DNA of 64,000 nucleotides, taken from positions 1 through 64,000 of the forward strand of contig NW_005201912.1 in assembly GCF_000372725.1 (NCBI RefSeq), in the 5' to 3' direction. Numbering within the stretch: position 1 is the first letter of the stretch; each line of letters opens with the position of its first letter. The notes beneath the pieces were generated by a model, which was given only the letters and a program-made list of their open reading frames with translations, was not told the DNA's origin and made no database searches. This DNA comes from Emiliania huxleyi CCMP1516 (Eukaryota). Shown in pieces: positions 35,008-46,553 of the stretch. Both the position numbers and the translations under genes were made by a program.

Positions 35008-38000
35008 TTAGACCAGGCTCGGCCGGGACGAGAGCGGCGTGTCGTCCTCCTCGCTGTCCACATCGTCCTCGCTGTCGGCCTCGCCGCCGCCGCCGCCGCT
35101 GCGGCCCTCGCCCTCTCCCTCGCCCTCGCCCTCGCCCTCGCCCTCCTCCGCGTCGTCCTCTGCGTCCTCCTGCTCCGCCTCATCCTCCGACTCCTCCATC
35201 TCCTCCGCCTCCGCCTCCGCCTCCGCCTCCGCCTCCTCCGCCTCTGCCCCCGCCTCCTCCATCGGCTCCGCCCCCTCCGCCCCCTCGCCCCCCTCCTCCG
35301 TCGCCTCCTCCATCGATTCCGCCTTCTCCTCCGCCGCCTCCTCCGCCCGCGTCTCCCCCGCCCCAGCCGCCTCCTGCTCCTCGCCCGCCGCGCCTCCATC
35401 GCCGCGTCCGCGCGCCTGTGCGCGCTCCTGCAGAGAGCCAGAGAGCAACTCGAACTCCTCCTGCTCCGTGGCGGGGTCGGCCTGCGCCTGCGCCGACGCG
35501 CCGCCGTCGGCGTGGGCGTCGATGTGCGCCTTGAGCTCCTCTTCGTACCTGCGCACGGCCGCGCCTCCGCTCGCGCGAGGGAGGGGGGGGTGGGNNNNNN
35601 NNNNNNNNNNNNNNNNNNNNNNNNNNNNNNNNNNNNNNNNNNNNNNNNNNNNNNNNNNNNNNNNNNNNNNNNNNNNNNNNNNNNNNNNNNNNNNNNNNNN
35701 NNNNNNNNNNNNNNNNNNNNNNNNNNNNNNNNNNNNNNNNNNNNNNNNNNNNNNNNNNNNNNNNNNNCGGGGGGGAGAAAGAGAGAGAGTGAGTGCGTGC
35801 GTGTGTGAGGGTCAGTGTGTGTGTGTGTGTGTGTGAGCGTGTGTGTGTGTGTGTGCGTGAGAGAGAGAGAGAGAGAGGAGACTTAGCAAGCCCCCCCCCC
35901 CCCACTCCTCCTCCCCCCCACTCCTCCCGCCGCGCACCTCGCACGGTCCACCCTCGCCTGCTCGGCCCACGGCGCCTTCTCCTCGTCGCTCAGCGCCCGC
36001 CACCGCTCCCCGACAATCTTGGCCAGCTCCTTCGCGTCCAAGTACAGGCGGGCGCCGCCGCCGCCGCCGCCGCCGCCGTCGACATCGCCACCGTCGGCGC
36101 CTCCGTTGCCTGCGACACCGGCCGCAGCACGCCCCGCCGCGCGGCTCTCGGCATGCGCTTGCTGCACCGCGGACTTGGTCGCGTGGAAGAAGAGGAAGTA
36201 CGAGGTCTGCGGCGGCTTTGGCGCCCCCTGCAGCCGGGCGGCGCCGCGTCACCGTTCCGAGGGGAATGCTCCGAGGCGGTTCCGAGGCGGTTCCGAGGCG
36301 GTTCAGAGAAGGCCCCGAGAGAGGCGTCTCTGTGATAGTCTCGGCAGGGGCGACGCGCGCGTCCCGCCGCGCCTCTTGCCGCTCTTGCCGCTTCCGCTTC
36401 TTCTGGCCGTTTTGCTTCTCGCGCGTCGCGTCGCTTCGCGGCCTCGGCTCGAACTTGGGCTCGCGTGGCCTCGCCGCCTCCCGCGCGTACGCCACGGCCG
36501 CCTGCAGGAGAGGGTCCGAGACGGGTCGGGGGGGGGGGAGGCTCAGGGGAGGGCTCGCCGCGCGTGCGCCACGGGAGGCCTCGACGGCGGTGGCGAAGAC
36601 GCCGAGGTGTATGTGGCCCGACTTGCTCACGCCTGCGGGAGACGGCATGGGCGTGTCGTGGGCGTGTCGTGGGCGTGTCGTGGACGTGTCGTGGGCGTGT
36701 CGTGGACGTGTCGTGGACGTGTCGTGGGCGTGTCGTGGGCGTGTCGTGGGCGTGTCGTGGACGTGTCGTGGGCGTGTCGTGGGCGTGTCGTGAGAAGAGT
36801 GCTGAGAGGCGGGCGAGGTGGCGCCCTCGCCCTCGTTCTGTGGAGCTGCAGCGGCTCTCGGCTGCCTCTCGGCTCTCTCTCGGCTCTCTCTCGGCTCTCT
36901 CTCGGAGATCTCGCTCCGTGGAGCTGCAGCTGCGCGCTGAAGGGGCGAGAAGGCAGCGGCCTGCGGGGAGACGACAGCGGACATGTCGCGGGCGCGTCCC
37001 GCTGGACAGCCGCGCGAGAGGGGCAGAGGCGAGGGCGGTGGCGGGGTGGGCGGTGGCGGGGTGGGCGGAGCTGGTGAGGGCGGTGGAGGGGGCGAGGGCG
37101 GTGGAGGGGGCGAGGGCGGTGGAGGGGGCGAGGGCGGCGGTGGAGGGGGCGAGGGCGGTGGAGGGGGCGAGGGCGGTGGAGGGGGCGAGGGCGGTGGGGA
37201 GGGGGCGAGGGCGGTGGAGGGGGCGAGGGCGGTGGTGGGCGAGGGAGGCGGAGGAGTGGGCGGTGGTGGGCGAGGAGGCGGAGGAGTGGGCGGTGGTGGG
37301 CGAGGAGGCGGGCAGGCCTGCCGCGGGCGACGCTCAGGCGCACGCCGCGGTAGCCCGTCTCCGACTTTGAGCTCAGGTGCAGCCTCACCCCCTCCGCCTC
37401 CTCGAGCAGCGGCTCGGAGAGGAGGGCCCGTCGCGCCTAGCACGGGGGGGGGGGGTGCCTGGGGGGAGGGAAGGGGGGGGGGGGGGCGAGAAGGCGGCGG
37501 CGAGGGCGGAGGCGGCGAGGGCGGAGGCGGCGAGGGCGGAGGAGGCGATGACACCTCCTCGTGCGCCGCCGCCGCCGCGTCAGCCTCCGCCTTGGTAGGC
37601 GAAGGAGCTGCCACTCGAGACACCTTGGGCTCGAGGAGGGCGCGCGCCTGTTCACCGCCGGAGGCGGTGAAAGAGGCGCCGTTCACGGCCACGCTGACGG
37701 CTCGTGGAGAGGGGGGCGCGCGTACGCCACCGCCGCCTCCGCCTTGGTGGCAAAGAGTCCGAGGTGGCGGAAGGTCTTGCCGCGCTCGCCTTCGCTCACC
37801 TGCGCCTTGAAGCCGCCGCGGCACGCGACAGCGGTCACGCCCTTGTAGCCCGTCTGCGAGCGCGCGCTGAGGTGCAGCCTGACGCCGCCCGCCTAATCTC
37901 GGGTGATCTCGGGTGATCTCGGGTCATCTGCCGTCGAGGTGCAGCCTGGCGCCGCCCGCCTCGGCCACCGCCGGCGCCGCGAGCTCGGCCAGAAAGCGAG

Positions 38001-38727
38001 AGTCGTCCGCCCCGAGGGAGGCGTCTCCATGCCCCGTACCGCCAGAGGGGTGCCACCCAAGAAGCCCGTCAAGGCCACGGCTGCCCGCGGCGTGGCAGGA
38101 GTGGTCGCCGCCAGGGGCGCCTCCGTCGGCGATTGCGTCCGGCGAGCCCGCATCGCCCCCACTACCCCCACCCACCGTCTTCTCGTCATCGTCCGACTCG
38201 CCACCGTGGGACGCGCCCACGCCCTGCGCCGCCGCTCGCACCGGCCGAGCGCCCTGAAGGGCGACGCTCGGGCGGGACGAGAGCGGCGTGTCGTCCTCCT
38301 CGCTGTCCACGTCCTCCTCGCTGTCGGCCTCGCCGCCGCCACCATTGCCGCCGCCGCAACCCGCGCCGCCCGACACCTCGCCCGCCGCAGCGGGTGAGCC
38401 GTCGGAGGCCACGCCGACGAACGCCGGACGGAGCCGGGCGCCGGCCTGCTGCGTCTGCTGCGGAGAGCGTGCCCACCGCTCGACGTGCCGGAGCCACGTG
38501 TTCAGCTTCGAGGTGAGCGCCGGCTTGTCCGCTGCGGCGAGCGCGCCGCTGCCGGGAGGCATCCCCTCAAGCTGCCGCGCCGACTGGCGGCAGAGGTGCA
38601 GGTTGACGTTGCCTTTGGCGTCGCGGTACGGCAGCAGCCGCGCCTCGCGGAGGAGGAAGCGGGAGGCGGCGAGCCCGGGTAGGTCGATTTCAGCGAGTGG
38701 GGTGGCGCTGTAGGACGAGGAGGACAT
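35008..38727 (-). CDS. AP2-like + HMG-box DNA-binding protein, many introns, spans a gap
   Basis: ATG 38727; AE|AGGVRLHLSARSQTGYKGV..RHLGLFATKAEAAVAYAR; second LRLHLSSKSETGYRGV..HLGVFATAVE|AAVAYAR; HMG box SYFLF..ELAKIVGERWRALSDEEKAPW..YEEE; acidic tail. Confidence 0.75.
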
Positions 38728-39407
38728 TCGTGAACCGCGAAGCAAAGAAGGGCGGGAGCATTGAAAAAAGAATTTTTATTGGACACTCGCAGAAAGGGCG
38801 CGGGACTGGCGCGCACTGGCACTAACACAGGTACACCACGGGAGCCGCCTAAGAATTTAAACAAAAGAACTCTCTCTCACAGAATTTTACAATCCTGCAC
38901 TCGCACAACACTGGGCACGGGACTGGCGCGCACTGGCACTAACACAGGTACAAAAAGAAAAATGGCTGGACCACTTCCTTTATTAAAACCCGTTTGTTAT
39001 CTCTGCCGTTCTCCCATTCCTCCCTGGCGCCGGCCGGTTTTTAGTTTCTTTCTTTATAAGTGCTTCAAAAAGGCAGCTCCCACGAGAAGAGACAAGAGTT
39101 GACGACAAGCTGCCGTCCTGCGCGAGAGCCCAAATCACTTTGTGTTCTGTGTCTATAAAGACGAGCGGTGATTTCTTGTTGCTTTCCGAAATCTCTCTTT
39201 GACTGATCTCTCTCTTCTGTTTGTTGAGTCTCTGATGGGGTCCCGTACCACGCGGAATCGACCCTATATCTCAAGTGCTCAAGTGCTCATAAGTCTCGGT
39301 GCGGACATCTCTGATGACTCCGTTTTCGGGGGCGTTGCATTTGCCAAACCTTTCGAGCACAAAAAAGGGCACACGGCGCACACGGCGCACACACACCTCT
39401 GGGGTCC

Positions 39408-40112
39408 CTAGCGCGGCGGTAGCAGCCGCATCAGCGCGGCGACGTGGGCGTCCTCCTCCCCCACCTCGCGCAGCCACGCCGCGAGCGACTCGAGGTAGTC
39501 TCGGTTCGCGCCGCTCGGGCCGTGCGCGCTCGCAATGGTTAGCGCGGCGGCAGCCGGGTCGGCCAGCATCACCGGGGAGAAGAGCGGGTTGTCGCACGTC
39601 GCAGAGTACACGAGCGCGCGCACCGGCGGCGCGCCCGGCCGTGCAGGCTGCACCTGCACCACCTCGCGCGTGTAGCCGCCCTTCTCCCGAAAGTCGAGGT
39701 TGGCCAGCACGCGCGGCACGTCGTCCGCCCCGACGCGGTAGCACAGGCCGCACGTCGTCGATGGCGGCTCGCCCGGCTCGCGCAGGCCCTTGGCCTCCAG
39801 CTGGGCGTCGGAGATCATCGTCGCAACGAGGCCGGGGCTGGAGGGCGTGCCGCGGTGGTCGCACGAGCGCTGCGCAAAGTAGCGGCCCCAGCCGGAGCAA
39901 CGGCCGACGAGCGTCTCCTCATGCGGGAAGTCGGGCCGCCAGCAGAGCGAGCCGTAGCCAAAGATCCAGAGCGGGTCCGGCACCTCGACCCCGCCGGCTG
40001 CACGGTTCCCGAGCCACACGCCGGCAGCCGCGTCCCACCGAGGCGCCGCAGCAGGCGCCTCGGCAGACGGCTGCACGAAGCTATAAAGCCAGGCGGCGAA
40101 GCGAGCGAGCAT
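39408..40112 (-). CDS. chaC: ChaC-family glutathione-specific gamma-glutamylcyclotransferase
   Basis: LWIFGYGSLCWRPDF, F.Q.S.DHRGTP..PG, LDFREKGGY, IASAHGPSGANRDYL; intronless. Confidence 0.92.
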   Translation of the reverse strand: MLARFAAWLYSFVQPSAEAPAAAPRWDAAAGVWLGNRAAGGVEVPDPLWIFGYGSLCWRPDFPHEETLVGRCSGWGRYFAQRSCDHRGTPSSPGLVATMISDAQLEAKGLREPGEPPSTTCGLCYRVGADDVPRVLANLDFREKGGYTREVVQVQPARPGAPPVRALVYSATCDNPLFSPVMLADPAAAALTIASAHGPSGANRDYLESLAAWLREVGEEDAHVAALMRLLPPR

Positions 40113-40295
40113 CGTAGCCCAGGCACGATCGATGCTTCTTGCCGCGCCGCGTGAGAACCAGCAGGGTGCAGTATTTACCTGTGTTAGTGCCAGTGCGAGC
40201 CAGTCCGTGCCCCGCATACGACGGAGCTGAATTCTAAAATTCTTTTATACGGTCCCGTCTTGCTTTTTCTGCGGCAAAGTCAAACCACCCCACCA

Positions 40296-42540
40296 CCCTA
40301 GGTGTTGAATACAAATATATGAATTCACAGAGAGGTCTCCCAGGAGCCTGAATACTGTATTCAAAAAGGCGCGCAGCGCGCCGGAACACATACGGAATAC
40401 ATGCGGCGCGCGCGGAGCGCCGCTAGCTAGTTGTGCAGGCGCGGAGCGCGCGGAAGCGCGCGGAAGCGCGCGGAAGCGCGCAGCGAGCGCGCGGCGCGGA
40501 GAGCGCGCGGAGCGCGCTAGCGCGCGCGGAGCGCGGGCAGACCATCAGGTCCTCCTCGTTGTTTGTCCGAGTTGTTCTCGTCCGAAGTCGCTCTCCCACT
40601 TGACCGCCGGCTCCTTGTAGCCCGCCTTGGTGCGCTTGATGCGGAGCTGGAGCGCCTCGTGGCAATAGACGAGGCGGTCGGAGACGGAGTGGCGCATGCG
40701 ATTGCGGCGGTCGGTCTTAATGGAGCCGTAGATCGACCAGTTGCGCTCCGCTGCCGACGCGCAGACTGGCTGCGAGAGCACCGTGCACGCGAGAGGGCCG
40801 GGAGGTTCTTGCCGTACATATGCTCCACCACTGCGCCGGCGGGAGCGTCTTGGCCTGGTCCTTCACGAATGGCCTCGAGAGAACGCCCGCGCTGTCCTGG
40901 TAGGACGCGAGCTCGACGCAGGCCTCGCCCGCCAGCCTCTGCACCCCCGGATCGTCGACGGTGAGCGCGCGCGCGAGCATCGGGCCGGAGAGGGAGTCGG
41001 GGTTCGAGGTGAGGCGGGAGTACTCGTAGCGCATCGCCATCTTCTCGATGATCGAGATGAGCGCCTCCTGGACGTCGCCGCTCATGTCGTGCGCGAGGTA
41101 CTCGGGGTCGAGCGCGTAGCCCGCGAGGTGCATCGGCGACTTGAGGTACTCCCAGCGCGCGTCGTGGATCTTGAGCGCCCCCTCCTTCCATGGGACGGTG
41201 GAGTTGGCGATCACCCCCCGAATGCTGTTCATCCGCGGCATCACCTTGCCCATGGCGGGGGCGGCGCCATCGCAGAGGCGGAGGAGCTTCACGACCGGCG
41301 TCGCAATCTTGAGCACCTCCACGAGCGGCGCCCAGAAGCCGCTCTCGTTGAGGATGATGGCCTTGACAGGGTGATCGCGGCCGGAGATGGTGCCGGAGGC
41401 GGTGTCGTCGTCGTTGCCCTTCTTGAACTTCTGCTCACCAAACTCGGAGGAGACGACGACCTGCTGGAGGTCGGCCTTGACGCGCAGCATCCGCCCGAGC
41501 GCACGCATGTTGCCGGCGAAGCGGGTCGCCTTGGGGCGGTAGAGGCCGAACTCCTTTTTGTGGTTGACGGCGATGACCTCGCGCAGCTTGGTCCGCGGCC
41601 AGCGCTTCTTGCCCCAGAAGAGGTTCAGGATGGCGTTGGACTTCTTGTTAGATTCTTGATGACCGCCGCGACCTCTTCGATCTTGCCGAGGTCCTTGAGG
41701 TAGAGGTTGAGCACGTGCGGGCCACAGCACGTGCACGTAATCCACGGGAACTTGGTCTCCACGAGCTTCCACGCAGCCTTCATGACGGAGCACGTGTCCG
41801 TCACGACCTGCACGACCATGGGGGGGCCGATGCGCGTGATCTGCTCGATGAGCAGCTTGGCGACCGCCTACCAGGAGAGCAATCACCGTCAGGGGGGGAG
41901 GGGGGGACTGGGGCAACACCGGGGGTGGCGGGATCGCCTCGGCGTTCTCAGAGTCAGCGCTCGTGAGTTGGTAGGTGGCCGGTCAAAGAAGGTCGTGGTC
42001 GCGGAGCCGATGAGGACGTTGATGAGATGCGACGAGTTCACGTCGTCCCATCCATCAGATATGATGCTTCCGCCGTACTTGAGCACCTCGCCGCGGACCG
42101 GCCGCTCCTCGGCCTTGAGCGTGTCGGTGGTCTTCTCGAGGAGGTCACCAAGCATCCGCTGGCGCGTCGGCGGCTGGTAGGAGGCGGGGGCGGTCTTGAG
42201 CGCCTCGACGAGGTCCTTGAAGAGCGGGTGCGACACCTTGCTCGCCCCGACGTTGAGGCCGTAGAAGAACTCTCCGATCGCCTTGTCGCACGCCTCCGAC
42301 TTGCCGGAGTACATCGAGGACTGGATGCTCTTCTGCCCAAGCTTGGCCTTGGCCTTCGCCTCGCCCGCGGCGACAGAGTCGGCAACCTCGTCGTGCGCGC
42401 GCTTGGCCGCCAGCGTCTTGCCCTTCTCGCCCTTCGCGCCCAGAAGCGACTCCTTGAGCGCGAGGAACTCCGGGGAGTCGTCGGTGCACTTGTCACAGAG
42501 GTGCTCCTTGATGCGCGTGGCGCCGCCGCAGAACATTCCG
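40296..42540 (-). mobile_element. Decayed hAT DNA transposon (DUF659 + hATC dimerisation), frameshifted and 5'-truncated
   Basis: GGATRIKEHL, SDGWDD..LINVL, VVQVVTD..C.PHVLNL.LKD, TRFAG, HLAGYALDP, P.QWW, LSQPVCASAAERNWS across several frames; terminus CCCTAGGTGTTGAATAC at 40296 with GAATAC subterminal repeats. Confidence 0.88.
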
Positions 42541-42857
42541 CCGTGTTGTTGGGTAGCTAATCACACGACATTTTCTGAGAGAGAGATTTTGTCCCGAGCT
42601 GCACGAGCATGATCTGTCTGAGAGAGAGATTTTTATTAACCAACAAGAAATCACGACTCTCACAGTGATTTGGGCTCGGCAGCCTTCTGTCTGTGACGGT
42701 CACGGACGGAGGGGGGGCTGGGCAGGGTTCATTCACCCACACGACAGGGTCAGTCTCTCACTACCACGGGCACACTGACAGGCGAGCCCAAGCATTTTTC
42801 TTTTGTACAAGGCGCTGTCCGCGCGCCGCGCCCAAGGACTTCTCAACGAAGACCAAA

Positions 42858-45800
42858 ATGCGGCGCGGTCTGTCTATCGCTGCCCCCGGGGCGAAAGCAA
42901 GGACGAAGCTTGCGGAGAAGCTGGCGGCGTCCGAAGCATCGGCGGCGGATCTGGCCCAGCAAGCGGACGATGCAAAGATACGGGCGGAGCAGCAGGCGGC
43001 AGCCGCGGAGGCGGCGTCGGCCGAGCTGGCAGAGACGGCGAAGAAGCTGGTGGCGTCCGAGGCATTGGCGGCGGATCTGGCCAAGCAAGTGGACGACGCG
43101 AAGCGGGACAAGGCCGCGGCTGCAGAGGCGGCGGCCGAGGCGGCAGCAGCGGCGGCGGAGACGGCGAAGAAACTGGCGGCGCCCGAGGCAGCGCCGGCGG
43201 ATCTGGAAGCGAAGCAGCTCATCGACACCGATCTCGAAGCAGGCACTGTCGGACGCTCGATTGGACTGCCCAAGTTCAAGAAGGTGCGAGCGGCAAGCGA
43301 CGGCGGCGGGCCGTACCAGCAGCTGATCGATGGCGAAGGCGATAGCCGGTACCTGCCTCGCATGACCAAGGGATTTTTTGCGGCAGTGCTAACGACAAAC
43401 ACTTGCTGCACAGCCTTTCTGTGCATTATCCTTGTTGTGCTGTACCAGCACTCGTACGCAAGCGGTGTCGGTGAGGTGCAGCCGCGCCCCCCGCCTCCCC
43501 CGATCAGCAGCTACGACTACGACTACGACGTAGCCCCACCTCCCCCAACCAGCAGCTGCGCGATTTACCATGCCGGTGCGGCCGTCTTCGAGGGCGCCAT
43601 GCACACGATGACGGCCGATGGGCTCACGGAGGTGGAAACTGAAGAGGGCGAGATCGTAACAAAGGAACGCACCGGTTTCAGCAACACCTTCGCCCCCACC
43701 TTCTTCGACTTCGAGTGCCTGCTTGCCAACGGCACGGGCGATCCGTGCGACGCGTACGTGGCCGAGGCCTTCGCAGACCAAATGTTCGTTCCTCTGCGCA
43801 CCGACTCGCTGGTGGGGCTCTGGCTCTCCACGATCTTCCTCTACTCGCTGGCTCAGATTGGTGGCATCCCGCGGCCACGGTTCGTTGACCGCAGGATCGA
43901 CTGGCCTGGGACCGTCTTCTGGCTCTCTTGGATGCTGACACAGCTGTGCCAGTTCCTCGTGGTCGGGCTTTCCCTTGCTATGCAGGTTGTCGCCTTCTTC
44001 GGCGTGCACGAGCGCACCGGGCCGTGCATGGTCAGGGTCGACAACTTTACGCTGCTGGACGAGTACGCGACGGTCACGTTTGCGGCGCAGCCAGCGCTTC
44101 TTAGCAAGCTGCTGCTTCTGGTCGTGTACGGGTACCTGCTGTCGCTCGGCGCGCTCGTGTTCATTGGGCGCAAGGTGAACGAGGTTGAGTTTAAGGAAGA
44201 GGCTAGCAAGACCAACACCAGCCTCGTGCAGCCGATCCCGCTTGCGAGCGTGCTCTACTTCATCTCTCGGTGGGCGCTGTACGGCATCTGCCTGGGGACC
44301 GTCGGCGGGTGGCTTGGCTGGCCGGGCGCCTCGTGGGCGGCCGCGCTGGTTGCGGCAGCTGTGGGCTCGCTCACGGGAGGATTCAGGCGAGGTAAAGACT
44401 CGCTGTCTCGCGCAACAGTCGCCAAGTGCGCCCTTGGCGTTCTCCTCGCCCTGCCGATCCTGCCGAATCTTGTCTACCTACCATTGGGCGGGCTGTTCCT
44501 TGCGTTTGTCAAGCTAAGCTTTGCCGCCGGGCGGACGTCACTCGATCTTATTGAGTCAACAGCTACGTCGGAGTGGCGTTGCTGCCAACGGCTCGAGGCA
44601 CTGACCAAGGCCGCGGCCGCTGCCACCAAGCCGGCCATCAGCTGGCTCGCCCCGCTCGGAAGCCTCGAGCTGTCGAGCGGCATGTCAATGGTGGTGCAGG
44701 GGCTGGCGTACACCGAGACGAGCCTCTCAACGCTGGCGGGCGGACTGGCTTGCGTGCTGGGCTGCCTCGCGCTCTCCCCACTGGTTGCGTACGGCACGTG
44801 GGCGGCGGAACAAGGACGGCTCGAGCCCGATTACGACGTCGAGGACAGCGTGGTGGAGGCGGTGCAGGCACGGCTCTGGATGCTGTGGGTCCTCGTGGCC
44901 ATGCCCGTGCTGCTGTTTGCTGTGGAGTTTTGTATGAATGGCAAGCTCCTCGTCCAAAGATGCGAGGAAGGCGGTATCTACCTCTCGCTCACAAGCTCAC
45001 CAGTCCTGAACGTGCTCCTCACCGTCTATGCCATCCCGTTCCTCCTCGCGCTCGTCTTCGCCATCTTCTTCACCTCGCAGGACGACTCGTACATCGAGCG
45101 CGTCATCTGGCACGCACAGGTTGTATACGGCGACTCCTTTGCGTTCCTCGCCACGCTGCAGCTCGACGTGTCGGGTCTCCAGCCCTTTCTCGACAGCGTG
45201 ATGGCGGACATGGTCGCGTTCACGGGCGATCCTTTGGGGGCAGCGCAAAAGGTCGCCGATCGTCTGGCCGAGATCGTAGCGGACCCGCTGGCGCCCGTGA
45301 GGGAGGTGGTCGAGGTGGTTGCCAACATGTCGCGCTATCTGGAGATCGACCCGTCCTACTTTGTTGAACACTCGGCGGCGCTCGACGTTCTGAATGTATC
45401 TCTGGGGCTGCTCAAGCTGCTAGCCACCTACGGACGCAAGGCGTTTGCGCTCTACGATGCGGTGCTGAGGCTATTTCGCGGAGAGAAGGGGGAGGGAAAC
45501 GAGGAGGACGACGGGGTGGTGCAGGTGCACGAGTGCGTGGCGGATCCGAAGAAGGCGCAGCTCGAAGCCGACATGGAGCTGCTCTGCCAACGAGGTGTTT
45601 ACTCGGAGGATAAGACTTCGTGGAACTTGAAGAGCGCGCAGCTTGCTGCTGGGGATGTGGCGACAATTGCTCTCTGGCTGAAGGACAATGGGGTGCTGAC
45701 CGAGCTCGACCTCCGCTTCAACGGCATCGGCGACGAGGGCGCCGTCGCCCTCGGCGAGGCGCTGCGCGTCAACGAGGTATTGACCTCCTTGGATGTGGGC

Positions 45801-46553
45801 TTAAACCACCTCACCGAGGAGGCGGCCCTCGGCATCGTCCGCGTCGAGCGGCAGCGCAACAAGCTCACCTTGCTGGGCTTGGCTAGCTGCCGCATCGGCC
45901 CGACTGGCGCCGCAGAGATCGCCGAGTACGTGTCGGGCAGCAAGGTATTGACCAACCTCGAGCTCGGCTGGAACGGCTTCGGCGACGAGGGTGTTGAGGC
46001 GCTGGCCTCCGCTCTGCGCGTCAATGGGGTGCTGACGTCCTTGGACGTGGGCGTCAACAATATCGGGCCAACCGGCGCGACCGCGATCGCCGAGGCGCTG
46101 CGCGTCAACGGGGTGTTGAACACCATCAACCTCGCCCGCAACGACATCAGCGCCGAGGGCGCCGTCGCGATCGCCGCCGCCCTTCGCGTCAACGCGGTGC
46201 TGACCTCCTTGAATCTGGGCTTCAACGACCTCACCGAGGAGGCGGCCCTCGGCATCGTGCGCGTCGAGCGGCAGCGCAACAAGCTCACCTCGCTGGGCTT
46301 GGATGGCTGCAACATCGGCCCGACTGGCGCCGCGGAGGTCGCCGAGTACGTGTCGGGCAGCGGGGTGCTGACCACCCTCAATCTCCGCGGCAACGGCTTC
46401 GGCGACGAGGGTGCCAAGGCGCTAGCATCCGCTCTGCGCGTCAACGGGGTGCTGAAAAACATCGACCTCTGCAACAACAGTTTTGGCGACGAGGGGAAGG
46501 GAGTGATTCGAGATGCCGTGAGCGGGCGGGAAGGGTTCAAGCTCGAGATGTGA
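42858..46553 (+). CDS. Coiled-coil + multi-pass TM + RI-like LRR protein, intronless
   Basis: Ala/Glu/Lys heptads, many hydrophobic segments, ~28-aa LRRs LT.LDL..N.IGDEGA.AL..ALRVN. Confidence 0.85.
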   Translation: MRRGLSIAAPGAKARTKLAEKLAASEASAADLAQQADDAKIRAEQQAAAAEAASAELAETAKKLVASEALAADLAKQVDDAKRDKAAAAEAAAEAAAAAAETAKKLAAPEAAPADLEAKQLIDTDLEAGTVGRSIGLPKFKKVRAASDGGGPYQQLIDGEGDSRYLPRMTKGFFAAVLTTNTCCTAFLCIILVVLYQHSYASGVGEVQPRPPPPPISSYDYDYDVAPPPPTSSCAIYHAGAAVFEGAMHTMTADGLTEVETEEGEIVTKERTGFSNTFAPTFFDFECLLANGTGDPCDAYVAEAFADQMFVPLRTDSLVGLWLSTIFLYSLAQIGGIPRPRFVDRRIDWPGTVFWLSWMLTQLCQFLVVGLSLAMQVVAFFGVHERTGPCMVRVDNFTLLDEYATVTFAAQPALLSKLLLLVVYGYLLSLGALVFIGRKVNEVEFKEEASKTNTSLVQPIPLASVLYFISRWALYGICLGTVGGWLGWPGASWAAALVAAAVGSLTGGFRRGKDSLSRATVAKCALGVLLALPILPNLVYLPLGGLFLAFVKLSFAAGRTSLDLIESTATSEWRCCQRLEALTKAAAAATKPAISWLAPLGSLELSSGMSMVVQGLAYTETSLSTLAGGLACVLGCLALSPLVAYGTWAAEQGRLEPDYDVEDSVVEAVQARLWMLWVLVAMPVLLFAVEFCMNGKLLVQRCEEGGIYLSLTSSPVLNVLLTVYAIPFLLALVFAIFFTSQDDSYIERVIWHAQVVYGDSFAFLATLQLDVSGLQPFLDSVMADMVAFTGDPLGAAQKVADRLAEIVADPLAPVREVVEVVANMSRYLEIDPSYFVEHSAALDVLNVSLGLLKLLATYGRKAFALYDAVLRLFRGEKGEGNEEDDGVVQVHECVADPKKAQLEADMELLCQRGVYSEDKTSWNLKSAQLAAGDVATIALWLKDNGVLTELDLRFNGIGDEGAVALGEALRVNEVLTSLDVGLNHLTEEAALGIVRVERQRNKLTLLGLASCRIGPTGAAEIAEYVSGSKVLTNLELGWNGFGDEGVEALASALRVNGVLTSLDVGVNNIGPTGATAIAEALRVNGVLNTINLARNDISAEGAVAIAAALRVNAVLTSLNLGFNDLTEEAALGIVRVERQRNKLTSLGLDGCNIGPTGAAEVAEYVSGSGVLTTLNLRGNGFGDEGAKALASALRVNGVLKNIDLCNNSFGDEGKGVIRDAVSGREGFKLEM

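Noticed and set aside
39311..39340. CTGATGA followed by a short stem as a hammerhead ribozyme
   Set aside because: No GAAA/stem III/UH elements follow
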